Below, one piece after another: positions 45,976 through 58,579 of a DNA stretch of 64,000 bases. The translations under genes and the position numbers were made by a program. The stretch is from assembly GCA_010015585.1 (NCBI GenBank), contig ML975152.1; one strand, 5' to 3'. The notes below the pieces were generated by a model. That model worked only from the letters and a program-made list of their open reading frames with translations. It did not search any database and was not told where the DNA came from. The DNA comes from Eremomyces bilateralis CBS 781.70. Its lineage: Eukaryota. How positions within the stretch are numbered: position 1 is the first letter of the stretch; each line of letters begins with the position of its first letter.

Positions 45976-47964
45976 TCAATACCCACCCCACCTTCGATTG
46001 AAGCGTTGTCTCTCTTGCTTCAAACCCTCTTTCCGTGCTCGTTTCCATGCAGAGCGATCCATTCTAAAGCTCTTTTCAAACCCAGAACGTCCTGTACTAG
46101 GCTGCACGACATCGGCAACCGTAGAGTCTCCTCTGGGTGTGATTGATTCCTCCACCATGACTGGCCAACCTTCTTGAACATCTTCAGGGTCATGGTATAC
46201 CTCTGGTGCGAAGTTCGGTTCCTCGTCAACAGCTTCGTCTGAGACGTCATCTGCTCCGCCAAATGAGAAGGAGAAATCTTTCACCTTTGGCTGGCCAGTT
46301 CTCCGATATAGCTCCTCAAGCGGATGGACTTCTTGATGCTCCTCTGATGTGTGATGCTCTGTATCCTGTGTTTGTCCAACTGTTGGATTGCCCATGTCCT
46401 GATCCACCGTTGCAGTAGAAGCAGAATCTGATTCATTGGCACAGCCTTGATGGTGTGAAGATGCTAAATTTTCCTCGGCTTCAGGTTTGGATTCATCCTC
46501 CACAGAGGCGCCATCTTGACCATTCGACGGCTCCGAGGCATCGTCGTTGTTAGATACTGATTCATCTTCAAGCAATGGATCATCCATAACCGGCGAAAAC
46601 TCCGCCGCGGTAGAGATGACCGACTCGCGAGTCGATTCCGCGGCATCATCATGACCAGATTCCGGTTCATCTTCATTTTCGAGGATTGCGTCGTCCATAG
46701 CCACCGAATACTCCGCTGCGTTAGGGATGATTGACTCGCGAGTTGATTCCGCAGCATCACCGGGGCCAGATTCTGGTCCATCTTCATCTTCAAGAAGTGT
46801 GCCAGCCATGTCAACCCCAAATTCCACTGCGGCAGAGTTGACTGACTCGCGGCCTGATTCCGCAGCACCATCCCCAGATTCCGGTTCATCGTCATCTTCA
46901 AGAAATGCGCCATTCATAGCAGCCGCGAATTCAGTAGCTGTAGAGGTGACTACCTTTGGAGCTTCTCCATCATCAACTGGCTCCGCCAGATTCCCCCACG
47001 GCAATGACTCCAAAGCATCATCACTGCCGGAATCCGATTCATCGTCCAGAAATGCCCCCTCCATGGCTGCCGCAAACTCCGCAGCGGTAGAGATGCCCGG
47101 CGTGTGACCTAATTCAGAAACACTATCGTTCCCCAATTCGGATTCCTCTTCATCAAATACCCCTTCCATGGCTTCCGCGAATTCTGCAGCGGTATAGATT
47201 GCTGCCGGTCGAGCTCTTCTGTCCCCAACGGCCTCGACCAAGGTCCCATCCTCTGCCACCCAACCCCCTCTAGACTCGTCGAAATACGTCAGAGGTACCG
47301 GGCCACCTCCAGGTTTAGAATCCATCCCAAGCCATGCCCGCCTCTTGTCGCCTCCGAATTCCACAATCGTCGCCTCTTTCCTGTGCGGCCTGGTCCCAGT
47401 GCTCGTTTTTGGGTCGGGTCCCTTAGCTGGTTGCTTTAGGTCGGATACCCGATTCGGCGGTACCCGCGTTTTGAATGCGCATCGACTGTACTGGAAGAAT
47501 CGATCCTCCTTGCCGCCTTTCTGCTGGATGCGCTTGGGGATGATCCAGCCACGTTTGATGTGGCGTTCGTTGCCGTGACTGTCTCGCTTTACTTGGGAGC
47601 CTGTGAGCACCGACCCGAAAGGTCGGAGGGCTGGCAATGGCGATGATATCACGCCGGATGTCTGGGTGGAAATCTCCTCTTCGCTAGATTCTCTCCGGTC
47701 CTTCCAGGTCTCGGGCTTTGCTTTCTGGATCCTGAGCTTGCGGCCCTGGATCGTGGAGTGGTTGTACTTCCTGAGAAGCGCATCGGCGGTCCCTTTCGGA
47801 AGGCTCAAAAACCCAAACGAACCCTCTGGCTCGGCCTCAGATTTATGGATAAAAACATCTTTCACCGTGCCGCTCGAAAATTTCTGGCCGCCTACGAGTT
47901 TTTCTAGCAGGGATTCGTTCAGCGGCCTGATGTGTAGCCGCACATTGTCTTCGGGAGAAGACAT
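45976..47964 (-). CDS. N-terminal RRM protein, nucleolar Nop8/NOL8-like, with acidic internal repeats
   Basis: VRLHIRPLN (RNP2-like), SFGFLSLP (RNP1-like), KYNHSTIQGRKLRIQKAKPE, EVHPLEELYRR, basic C-terminal WKRARKE. Confidence 0.68.
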   Translation of the reverse strand: MSSPEDNVRLHIRPLNESLLEKLVGGQKFSSGTVKDVFIHKSEAEPEGSFGFLSLPKGTADALLRKYNHSTIQGRKLRIQKAKPETWKDRRESSEEEISTQTSGVISSPLPALRPFGSVLTGSQVKRDSHGNERHIKRGWIIPKRIQQKGGKEDRFFQYSRCAFKTRVPPNRVSDLKQPAKGPDPKTSTGTRPHRKEATIVEFGGDKRRAWLGMDSKPGGGPVPLTYFDESRGGWVAEDGTLVEAVGDRRARPAAIYTAAEFAEAMEGVFDEEESELGNDSVSELGHTPGISTAAEFAAAMEGAFLDDESDSGSDDALESLPWGNLAEPVDDGEAPKVVTSTATEFAAAMNGAFLEDDDEPESGDGAAESGRESVNSAAVEFGVDMAGTLLEDEDGPESGPGDAAESTRESIIPNAAEYSVAMDDAILENEDEPESGHDDAAESTRESVISTAAEFSPVMDDPLLEDESVSNNDDASEPSNGQDGASVEDESKPEAEENLASSHHQGCANESDSASTATVDQDMGNPTVGQTQDTEHHTSEEHQEVHPLEELYRRTGQPKVKDFSFSFGGADDVSDEAVDEEPNFAPEVYHDPEDVQEGWPVMVEESITPRGDSTVADVVQPSTGRSGFEKSFRMDRSAWKRARKEGLKQERQRFNRRWGGY

Positions 47965-48278
47965 CAGGTAGTAGGACGAAAGCACGTTCTATTTATGTGA
48001 TTGACAGAGTTAGAATCTCATGAGATCCGTACTCGCCAAAAGAGTTGAGTGATGGTATTTTGATATGCGGTAAAGTATTTTAAGATATCTCACTTCAAAT
48101 CCATGCCTGACGATGGGGCAAAAATCGATATTGATGCCTCAGGCGCTATATCCGGATTTCCACCGTCGCGTTTCAACGTCGCGTCCCCAAGTCGAGAGCC
48201 CTACAGCTCCAACCCCATCGCTCACCTCCACCCGCTACCAATTGCCGACCGTATAACATCGCAAACTCCTTCGCCATC

Positions 48279-48667
48279 ATGACTCGAGCGCAGCAGACCA
48301 TCTCAATAGCCCTGCTGATCTCCTCAGTACGCAAATCCCTTCCCACTCTCTGATCCAGCTAACCACAACAGCTCTACCTTGCCTGCTATCTCGGCCTCAT
48401 CCCTTTCCCCGCGAACATTCAGAATGAGATAATACCCGTCGTACGTTTCCCTGTAGCCATATCACCCCACTCCGTCCGTCCATGGAGTACTGACAGTATT
48501 TCTAGCTTCCCTTCTGGGCGCTTGTGTCCTTCGGCGCATACCTCCTCTTCAAACTCGGCCTCGGCGTGTTCACCTTCAACGACGTCCCCAAGGCGCATCA
48601 AGAGCTGATGGAGCAGATCGAGCAGGCGCGGACGGAGCTAAAGGCGGCGGGAGTGGATGTTGATTGA
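48279..48667 (+). CDS. DPM3: Dolichol-phosphate mannosyltransferase subunit 3; introns 48327-48371, 48441-48505
   Basis: Absent from the ORF track. Spliced product MTRAQQTISIALLISSLYLACYLGLIPFPANIQNEIIPVLPFWALVSFGAYLLFKLGLGVFTFNDVPKAHQELMEQIEQARTELKAAGVDVD. Confidence 0.95.
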
Positions 48668-49308
48668 GCGGAAGGGTTGCCTTCTCCGTTTCTGGCGTTT
48701 CGATGGAACAAGAATGGTGTACGATACGGTGTGTAGTGCCTGCTCCCCGGTGGGAGGATGAAGCCATAGCACCAAATATCACTTAACAACGTTATGGATA
48801 CGATCGGGGCCATGAAGTTCATTGACAAGACGGCACTATTTGACAAATTTAACAGCTCTTGAGAGGGTACGAGGGGACCTGACCTGGTGCCACATCTGCG
48901 AATAGATTGGATAGATGGGGTATTCCCGGATCTCACAGCTGGCTCATCCCTTCTGCTTTGAGTCTAACCTTCGGAGACGACTGAAAGCCGACTACTTTCT
49001 GTGAATAGCGAACGAAGACCTACCACGAAAGCGATGGTCTAAATTATACCGTAACTCTTCCTTTATGGAAGAATAGATCACAAGAAGAGTTTTTAAATCC
49101 AATTGTGCATCGATATCTGAGTTCCGAATCCTAACTATTGATTCAGAATGATAGGACCAAATTGATTTTTTATTCCATTAGACAATACATCGCTAGTCCT
49201 CATCCAAGCATGACGTCGCCTTAAGAGGCTTCCCTTCGTCAATTCAATGGATACTCATAACCCAACGCCGTAATCAAGCCGTCTCCACCTTATAATACCC
49301 TAGACAAC

Positions 49309-49818
49309 TCATTTCGTAGTGGTGAAATCAATCTCCTCGGCCGTTGATCCTCCCAGTTCCGTTCCACCACACGTGCACGAATCTACAACATGAGTTAACG
49401 CGATTCGAGATTCTACTCAATCAAACATAAGTACCTTGCGCTCGCTTCCCGCATGCACACGTGCTACTCGGGACGGTGTTCTCCTTGTCGCTACGTTTGC
49501 AGGTGCAGTGGCCCGCTTCCCTTCGCCCTGAAATCACCAGTCAGTATACGAAGCCAACTATATCAGACCACCACAGCCAAAGCAACTGAAGGACTCCAAA
49601 GAATCCTCATCCACATGGTTCTCTGCTAGGGGATTCCACGTACCACATGAGCAGGTAGCTCCCGAGACGGCGTTCTCAGCGACGCGCTTCTCGCAGTTGC
49701 AGTGCAGGGCGGGTTGCTTGCCGCAGGAGCAGGTGGCTTCGGCAGCGCAGATGCAGCCGGAGCCGGCGTTGGTGCGATGGCAGCATGCCGGGGGAGCGGT
49801 AGCGATGGGAGCAGGCAT
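49309..49818 (-). CDS. Copper metallothionein, Crd2-like; introns 49528-49643, 49383-49434
   Basis: Multiple CxC pairs (CICAAEATCSCGKQPALHCNCEK, CSC|GRREAGHCTC, CACGKR, DSCTC) and C-terminal EIDFTT. Confidence 0.88.
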
Positions 49819-50659
49819 GTTGAGAAGGTTATTTGGTGGGTTGGGTGATGGATGGTGCGGTATAATATAGAGCTGAGCGGTGACGTGGATGTGATGTAGG
49901 GGTGGGTTGTGAGGTTGTGGGAGTGTTTCTGGGTGATTGGTTGGATTGGTAGATCGAGAGATATAGGTATTGAAGTTAGATAAAGAAGAAGGATATGGAA
50001 TTAGAATCAGAGCAGAGTTGAGGCTCTTTAAATGCCTTTGAGAGCGATATCACAACAGGTGACGGTCATGTCTAAACAGTGGCGACGTCGACCATTCGGC
50101 CAATCAGAGCGAAGTTGATTGTCAGCAATGGCCCAGACTCACGATTTTATTGGATACACGCGGCCGACCAAGCCCCAAAACGGAAATCCACTGCCATGAT
50201 CAACGCCAATTGCGAGGACGATGGAAGCAATAAACTTGGTTTTTTCACACTGCTCGGAAAGTTGGAAGGGCACACGGCATGGTCAGAGGATCCATTGATA
50301 ATTCGTTCCTTTCTAGTATGCTAGGTATGCTATGCCAGTTCTGGATAGGTGCTAGCTACTGCTTGCAAATCACGCGGTCTATATGTCCATGATTCGATGC
50401 CTGTCGCCTCAATTTGATAACTATTGCCCTGACAACGCCAATGCACACTTCCTGAGTTCCCGTTATCGTACACCCTGATAATATGTCAACTATATGCACG
50501 AAGACTCCAATCCTCTAAAATACAACGTTCAATTCGTGGGCAGCAAGCTGTCGCTACCTGTACAAAGGAAATATGCTGTTTAGCAAACGGACGACAAGCT
50601 ACGCTTCGTCCTCCTGAGCGGAGATGACCCGACCAGGGCATTCCTCGTCGTCGGGAGCA

Positions 50660-52207
50660 TCACCTCCATGTCCGCTTTCCAGGACTCCCTTGATTTTGTG
50701 CGCCTGCGATCGCACTCGGCCCAGGCTCCAGTGCTAGCCCCCCGTGCTCCCCGCTGGGAGTCCGGCCGATCGTGCCATACGGGGTGAAGTACGCATGATC
50801 ATCATGGAACGAGCCGCCGCTTGGGTATCGGTGAGGAGTTTGTGGGAAGGACGGATGCTGCGGCATGAAAGAGTGTTGAGTGTTGTTATTCGGGGGGTAG
50901 TGGTTACGGAACATGCTGAACGCGACGTTCAAGGCTAGAATGACTGAGCCGGCGAAGAGGATCATGAAGATCTTTAGGGGTGGGTTAGTAGGGGGTTGCT
51001 TTGTGGGAGGGAGGGGGTGGGAACTTACCATGGCCTTCCAGGAAATCGGCTCGATGAGGGAATTGAATATCTCGGCGAACATGCGGGCGCTGAGCTTGGC
51101 TCGGTAGACGTTGTCGGAATCCTGGTTCATGCAGTCTTTCCAATTTTGGCATAGCGGTTCCAATGCCTGGGTCCTGGCAACATGGCAATTGTTCTCTTCA
51201 TAGTGCTTTTTGCACGTGGAGACTTCGTGGAGAATATTGATCTTGGCCGATTCGGCCCGCTGGTTCACGTCGTCCATGATCCCGGACCAGAATGACCACA
51301 GCGTGCGCATGAACATGAAGGCGATGAAGATGTTCAGAGCCAGCTGGACGTAGTACGAAAGGATGTGGGGGAGGTTAGGGTGGGATTCGAGGTAGGTGAA
51401 GAAGGAGGAGATGGAGGAGCCAAAGCCGGGCTTCGACTCGGGAGCTGTCGGTTGAGAATTCGCGTCATCGTCTGAGTCCTCGCTATCTCGAGCATGTCGC
51501 CGACGTCGTACGAGGGACTTCTTCTCGGTATCCGCCGCCTTTGTTCGCCGCTTCATAATTCGCCGCTCTCCCTTAGTAGAATATGAACTCGATTTTGGGC
51601 TGGAGGATATCAATTTCCTGAAATTCATCCAGCTGTCTCTCCGCCCTGATTTCTTCGGGGCGCTCTCATCATCGCTTCCTTTGAACTTGACCGGAGATCT
51701 TGGTCTTGCATCACCGCCCTTAGCTTTGATTGCACCGAAGGCCATGGGGATTCCTCCCGGGGTGCCCTCACTATCCGCAAAACTGATGTCCGGTGTATCA
51801 GGAGTCTCTCCCCCCGATGACACCTCAACCTCGAATTTCCGCGGGGTCGTGAACTGAGGGCCCAGTGGGGGTCGTGGTAGCGGCTTGTTTCGCTCGGTCG
51901 AAGGCTGGGAGAACAAGAATGACTGGGAGGTTGGTTCGCGGAAGGAGGTTGGTTCAAATTTGGTGGGGGAGTCAAAAACACTATGCGGTCCTGTGCATAC
52001 ATTGTCAACATCATCGGGTATTCACTATCCACGAAAGTCATGGAGACACATACGTTTCTTCACCGTGCCGTTTTGCGATTCCTGTTGCTCTGCTCGTCGC
52101 TGGGCTCCTGTTCGTGCAAGGGTGGCGAATGGAGAAGATTCGTCAACAGGTCCTAGGCCATTGGTCCAGGTGAAGTCCATAGGCCCGCCGTGAGAGCGTC
52201 GATCCAT
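50660..52207 (-). CDS. Nuclear envelope protein Brr6/Brl1; introns 51991-52053, 50972-51028
   Basis: GPMDFTWTNG N-terminus, PQFTTPRK, HPNLPHILSYYVQLALN TM, four-Cys lumenal motif CKKHYEENNC...PLCQNWKDCMNQD, AKLSARMFAEIFNSLIEPISWKAM. Confidence 0.92.
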
Positions 52208-53848
52208 TTTGATAAGCAAAGACGAAGCAGAAGATTAGGGGATGGAGGGGAGGTTATGGAGCACAATCCGTGGTTCATATTTGATGTTATTCGGGTGTTG
52301 GCCCAGTAAACAACAAACATGCAAACATGGATGATGGAACATGGAAGTGTCGGGTATCACCATAAATAAATGAAAGACAGGGGTCGAACCGATCATCCCT
52401 GTCTATCACCAACCTCACTGACAGCCTGGCAGCACTGCTCACTCACAGAACACTGATTTACAACTGTACTTCATCAAGACATCAACTCGGCTTGAACATG
52501 GCACTTAGAACCATCACCGCATGGTTGGGTTGACGCCGAAACCATAACCTGGGTTTTTCTAAGACGAAGGATGCTAGATATCATGAAGCTGGACTCGAGT
52601 CATTTCCCACAGCATCTATCACTAGTCGCTACAAGCATCGATGTTCATCGGCACCAAACATTGATTAGAAAGCCAAATTATTCATAGGGCCGAATTTCAT
52701 TCTTATACCAACTTATCTACCATACCCCGGTGTGCCTTGGTCCATGGCTCCGAAGCAGCCCATCTTTCTCGCGAACAGGAAGGTGCTTCCACTCCTGTGC
52801 TCCAACGTTGACAGTGTGAATTCTACTTTAATAATAACTCGTTCATCATGAAGACAGTGAGGTCAGATATGGTATGACTGGAGTGTCAAGGTCCCCCACA
52901 AGTCATTAGTTTGCGCAAATCCAAAATTTTCCCGTTGCATTCCACTGCGCCTGGCCAGATGTAGGATACGTCAGTACGGAATTTATCGACATTGTGAACA
53001 CAATAGTCTGCTAGGCACCAATCGCAACTGCAGATATTACGGATGACGGCCTATTTTTTCTCGCAGAAGTATTCTGAATTTGATCTATCCTTGACTAACC
53101 AACACTCAGGAATTGAAACACATTGAGACAGTTGGAGAGGAGCGAATTGGGACATCTTGATTGATAAAGATCTTGCCGAAAGTATTATTTGACGGATTCC
53201 GGTCACCGTTCTTCCTAAACGGGGCCTAATCCGGAGGACAAAAAAGCAAGGAACGTATTCGATATGGTATTCGATACGGTATACTGAAAGAGTTGACTGA
53301 GTAGGTATACTGGCCGAGGCAACGAGCTAACATATAAGTAGTTCTGGTAAGTTTTTGAATTCATGGAAATTTGGGGGAAACATTTAGTGCTGACGAAGAG
53401 TTGGATTTCCCAGTTCCACATTTGAGAACAATATATATTCATCTCTTCGGTTCATCCAACCTGTCTTTATATGCTGTATTCCGGTTCTAAAATCCACCGA
53501 AAACTTGTATGACAGTACTTAGTTACTTAGTTATAACTAGTTTGTCAATCGTTCAGGGGTGCGGAGGGGGAATCAAGACATGACTTCGTGATTGCTAAGT
53601 GAGCACGAAGTATACCAGTTTTCAACAGCTGCATATCACAAGATGATAAGGAATCTGCGATGTCTCGATTGTCCAATGATATTACAGCACGGCTAGACTC
53701 ACAGCAGAACTACACGAAAACACCAGTAAAGCTCATCTAGTGTGAAACCGAACTAGGGGGTATAGCTCTCCATAAACGATGCCACGCCATGTCGACTTTC
53801 CACCCTAGCCTGTTTCTAAAACAAACTCCAGTGGTATACCAACCCAAA

Positions 53849-55018
53849 CTAAACGGCAGTCACACCCTTCTGAGTGTCCCGCAAAAACTCCTGCAACCAA
53901 TTCGTCCAGCCCCTCGCAGCTGACGACACGCTCAGTTCGCGAGGGATCACCAACTGGGCGCCTCGGCAGCTCAGGATCTGCTGGACGATCTGATCCGCCA
54001 CCGTTTCCGGTTTGAGTAGATCTCCAGAGTGTTTCTTGATGGCCTCGTCGTACGTGGTGACAAGGGGAGTGGCGGTCCAGCCGGGATGGACGGTCGTGAC
54101 GACGACGCCGTTGGATTTGTAGCGGTGTCGGAGCTCTTGGTTGAGGCCTATAGGGGTCAATGAACAGAATCTAGTGCGTCGAGGGAGATTGACATACCTT
54201 CGCTGAAGGCGAGGACACCGGCTTTTGTGGCAGAATAGTCTGTGATACCTGCGATGGAGACAAAGCTGGCCAAGCTCGCTACCTCTACGATATGGCCCTT
54301 GTTCTTCTTGAGCATGTCGGGCAAGAACTCCTTCACGGTTGTGAAGTGGCTCATGATGTTTACGCCGAAGATCTTGGTCAAGGAACTGTGGTCGATGTCG
54401 ATGATGTGATGGGGGGCACCGATCCCAGCATTGTTGATGAGGATGGACGGCGCCCACCAGATCTGTTTGATTTCCCGGGCGGTGGCTACGATCTCTTCCG
54501 GCTTTGTCACGTCGCATTTCCAGTACTTGACGTTCTTATCTGGTGATCGAAGTCAGTAAAGCGAAACCCATCCGAACTCTAAGCTCAATTGACCTACATC
54601 CTTTCAGCTCTTTGGGCAAAGGCTGAATGTCCAGAATTGCAACCTTGATACCCTTCTGCTGGAGGCCATGAGCCACCAAAAGACCAATGCCGCTACATCC
54701 TCCAGTCAAGACCGCCACTTCCCGATCCCAGACCCATTCCTTCTTATTCGCGCTCAATCTCCAGTGATTCAACGCGAGATCGCTAAGGAATCGGTTCGCT
54801 TTCGCGACGAGGCCGAGGATAAACAGCCATTGCAGCGCTTTCGCGACCTTGGGTACCTTTTCTTCGGATAATACGGACGTCAACACTGGAACAAGAGCGC
54901 CTTTCACGGACTCGGGACTCTTTGCCAGCGCCCACCATAACGGGCCGGTGAACAGAGGGTCCAGGAGGGCTCGCTGGAGCTTGCCATTATAGATGGAGAA
55001 CTTCTGGACGGCTGTCAT
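53849..55018 (-). CDS. Short-chain dehydrogenase/reductase (17beta-HSD/RDH-like, membrane anchored); introns 54540-54597, 54148-54197
   Basis: VAVLTGGCSGIG, WKCDVT, ILINNAGI, GHIVEVASLAS, catalytic DYSATK, VHPGWTATPL. Confidence 0.93.
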
Positions 55019-55633
55019 GGTGTGGTTAGAGGGAGGATGATGGTTGGGATGGTTCACAGGAGCACTCACATGGAAATCTACAGCGGGGGAATGGTTCATA
55101 TACGTTACGCACGCAACTTGTGATTGAAACGCAAGATGGGCTCCATCGCTGCTTCTACTAGGATCGTCACCCCTTGGCCCTTGCAAACCCTGAGTTGACG
55201 TCCAAGCTTCAAACCTCGGTTGGGGAATCCGGGGCAAGCCCGTGATCTCGTCAAGAATCGAAATCGACCGGTTTAGATTTCATAAATTCACATGCGAATA
55301 CGGAGTCAAGCAAGTTGGTATTAGTTTTGACGCCTTTATTTCCCATGCCACTACGTAGTACACTAGATGAGTTGGAGAGAATCTCATTCCTGGAAGATAT
55401 TCGAACAGCAAACGCCCGCCCCATCTCCCTCTGCTCCAGCAATGAACTCCGGACTCAATTGAAGGAGATGTATAGATCCATCCTAGTTGCGGCTTGAATT
55501 CCATTCCACGGAAAGTTACTTCTATCCCAAGTTGCGTCTCAGCTTCATTAGGTACACATCGTCTTCCCTCGAAAGTCACCATGGCCCTTCCGTTCACGGT
55601 CCTGAGTCGTGTGGCACCGTCCGAGATCGAACA

Positions 55634-56951
55634 TCAACCATCGTGGTCGTCTTTAAGGGTTGGTCTGACGTGGTTATCAAGGAGGGAATAATCCGGCCTG
55701 CTGAAGCCGCCACCCGAGTTGGGTTGAGGAAGTTTTGGTACGATTCGCTGGAACTTTTCAGATGTCACCAATCCGGTCCACTGTTGCCGGGGGGAATCGA
55801 GGTAAACGGGATCGTCATTCCCAGTTGCCTCTAGGATTTCTTGACCGTAGAAGCCGAATATATAGAGGAAGAAGCGTAGCAACTTCTGCCCGTCCGCTAG
55901 GGGCAACGCCTGTCTGTCGGCCCGAACTATGATTATACTTCCAATACTGACCATTTCGGAATTGGAGGACTACTAAACGTTCGTGAATAGGGATCAGCAA
56001 CCCCAAAAGGATAGATTGCTGGCCAGTTGGCAAAGCCACTGCGGAACTCGCCGTCTGGGCCGTTTTCCCACGCATCAGGAGTGAGACTGCATTTCCATCG
56101 ACGTAGAGGAAAACGGACAAGCTGTGAGGCTGGTGTGATCGGCTCCGCGAAAACGAAGTGGTCGTTCGGAACGTAGACACTAGGCAGCCTTGAGGAGGGA
56201 GGCACCAGACGTAGACTGATCTCCTTCTCCGTTCACTCGAACACCTTGCACACACACAGCTAACCCTTTGTCTTGTCCTTGCGAACCACTCTGCTAGCAT
56301 GGGATAGAGAAGCCATCTTGCGGGCCTAATCGTTCCCCGGGGTTCCCGTATCCACGGACGAAATGGAGGAGGTACAGAAAGTCGTGGGCAGTGACATCTT
56401 CATGCTCAGTCGGCTTATATCCGTCCCCTTTGCGCTTCATAACGAAAAGAGGCCTTTCCAATGATATGGAACCGGGGACTGTCGAATGAGAACGCGCGGG
56501 GCCACTGCCACGACCGTAGAGCTGAGATGCGTGTCCTTGATATCTCTCGCACAAGAGAAAATCTTGATCGTGTGTTCCAGTTTCCGGCCGCGAATCCTGT
56601 TCCAGCGGAATGAGATCACAGCTGGAATTTGTTTCAGTGGTTGGGATTCGTGATGCCTCCAATCTGCCAGGAGGCGATCATCGTCCCTCGCGTCACCACA
56701 CATCTCGTCCGTTATCCTTCACTTCGGCCAAACAGAATCCAGCCAACTTTAGGCTGCATCCATTATGACGGAAATATAAAGCTGTGTTGGTGTTGATCAC
56801 TGGGCCGGTTCCCGAGATCTTGAATTTAGTTGCAGACAAAGCGATGTTCAGGCCAATCCGGTCGTTGGCATGCTTTCGAGCAATAGGCAATTCACCTGCA
56901 GCCGCTACAGTTGTTTGCATCGGGTTTGCTGCAAATTGCACAGAGGACCAT
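55634..56951 (-). pseudogene. Decayed MYND zinc-finger protein gene
   Basis: From ATG 56951 it reads MVLCAICSKPDANNCSGCR*IAYCSKACQRPDWPEHRFVCN*, a complete MYND finger with in-frame stops. Downstream fragments (PYHWKG, EDVTAHDF, VQGVRVNGEGD, VPNDHFVF, IGSIIIVRADRQAL) lie in changing frames. Confidence 0.88.
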
Positions 56952-57452
56952 GGTGACAGCAATGCTAGGGTAGCTTGATGCTTCGAAAAGGCGTTCGAGG
57001 TTTTTGATTTGGGACTCTTCTGCTTCTCAGTACAGGCCTTTCAACAATGAACCGCAGTGGAGATTTTCAACTAACTACTTAACTGTATGTGCTTAGCTTC
57101 ATCTAGTACCAAAGAGTTGAAAATCCGCTTATGCCCAATGTGATGTGTAGATTCGGGTTTGGGAGACTATGATAGGTATTGGACTCTCAAGTGAGAAATG
57201 ACAACATGTAAAGGGCGAAGAGGTTGGAAGTGGGAGGTGAGTGAGAAGAAGTGTAATACACGTAAATAAATCAGCGATGGATTCATGGTAAGAAATCTGG
57301 GATTTAAGTTAAAGTTACCCAATTCACCTTGCCAGAAACACCAAGCCGACACCCAGCCAATAGGATTCATCGCCTCCAGCTAATCAACAACTGATGATAC
57401 AAACTCTATCGAGAGCAAACAAGACTCTTTCATGACCAAAGCTGGGAAACAA

Positions 57453-58579
57453 TCAACAACGGACCCGCAGCGGAAGATCGCGACTCCTGAGCTCTTCCTT
57501 GATAACCTTCCACCTGCCAACCTCCGTTTCTCGTTGTATCTCACTTATCTTCTTGCCCGATATTTTCACATTGGGAAGGGCAGCAAGCAGCTCACTGGCA
57601 AGCAGCCCCTGCGCTAGCTTGGGTTGTTTCGGCGGGAGAATAAGACACTCGTATAATGCTCCGGCAGTGAAGGCGTTGTGAAGGGAATGATCAGGGACTC
57701 TGATTCCAGATAGCTGCATTACGCGCTTGAGGACCTGCGGGGTGTTAGTATATTTAGCCATCTGTTGAAGGGGTGTGTTGGTGCCCATACTGCGAATTTT
57801 ATCTCCGGATCAGCTAAGGAGAGGTTTCTCCAAGCCTCAATGTCTGAGTCCGCCACGGCAGTGTTTCCGACGATATCTTTGACGGATTTTGCAGCCTCAA
57901 CGTCCTCCTCGTTCTCCACCAACTGTTGATCCGGCGAAGTCGGGTTTTGCACCTCCTCGGGGATGAAAGAAAGTCTTGCCTCTTCGCTTGGGAAACCTAG
58001 TGTCACTTGATTTCCATCCTCTGATACTCCGATTGTGGTAGCAAGGGCTACATCATTCACCGAGTCTGACGGCAGCTGCGAAACGCGTCGAACCGGCATC
58101 GACGCCGCTTTGATAGTGAAAATCTCCACAATTGCCCTATGCACGAAGTTCTGAATTTGGGCGGGGGATAGCTCGCGAGATCGAGGGAGGAAACTACGCG
58201 ATGTTGTCAGAGAATGCGATACCGGTATAGTATCGACCGATGCGTACCTAGCGAAGGGTATCCGTTTTGAAGCCCGCCATTTTCTTTGCCATTCCTCCGT
58301 ACCAACCCATTCGAGCCCATGCCATGTTTCGGCAGCTTGGTAGATATTTGGAGCTGGCGTTTCTATTGGAGGTCCCTCATATCCCTCATCGACCTCGGCG
58401 ATTTCCTGGCTGCCCAAGGTTCGCCGTAGCTCATTCCGAGCTGGTAGAGATGTCGAAAAGGATCGAGATGGGTGTTTGCTCGGGTTTGACTGGCATTGTC
58501 GACAGACAAACTGGCATGGAGATGATCGCAGGTTATAGCCTCGATAAAGATCGAGGAGTAAGCGGTTTTGTCGCGCCAT
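57453..58579 (-). CDS. Mitochondrial large ribosomal subunit protein mL50 (MRPL13-like); introns 58194-58247, 57735-57790
   Basis: Arg/Ser-rich presequence with FVCRQC, AETWHGLEWVG, WRNLSLADPEIKFA|VLKRVMQLSGIRVPD, LPNVKI...EVGRWKVIKEELRSRDLP. Confidence 0.86.

Noticed and set aside
49528..49643. Possible C/D snoRNA in the 116-nt metallothionein intron (TGGATGA...CTGA)
   Set aside because: The C box is imperfect, the spacing is short, and no terminal stem or rRNA guide was recognised.
52375..52404. Hairpin AGACAGGG...CCCTGTCT containing a GGTTCGA-like T-loop on the minus strand
   Set aside because: No cloverleaf, D-arm or anticodon arm could be built, so it is not a tRNA.
52440..53500. AT-richer intergenic stretch with an intron-like signal (CTAAC...CAG near 53095-53109) and broken frames
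   Set aside because: No protein motif recognised in the frames examined; a gene or pseudogene call cannot be supported without homology searches.
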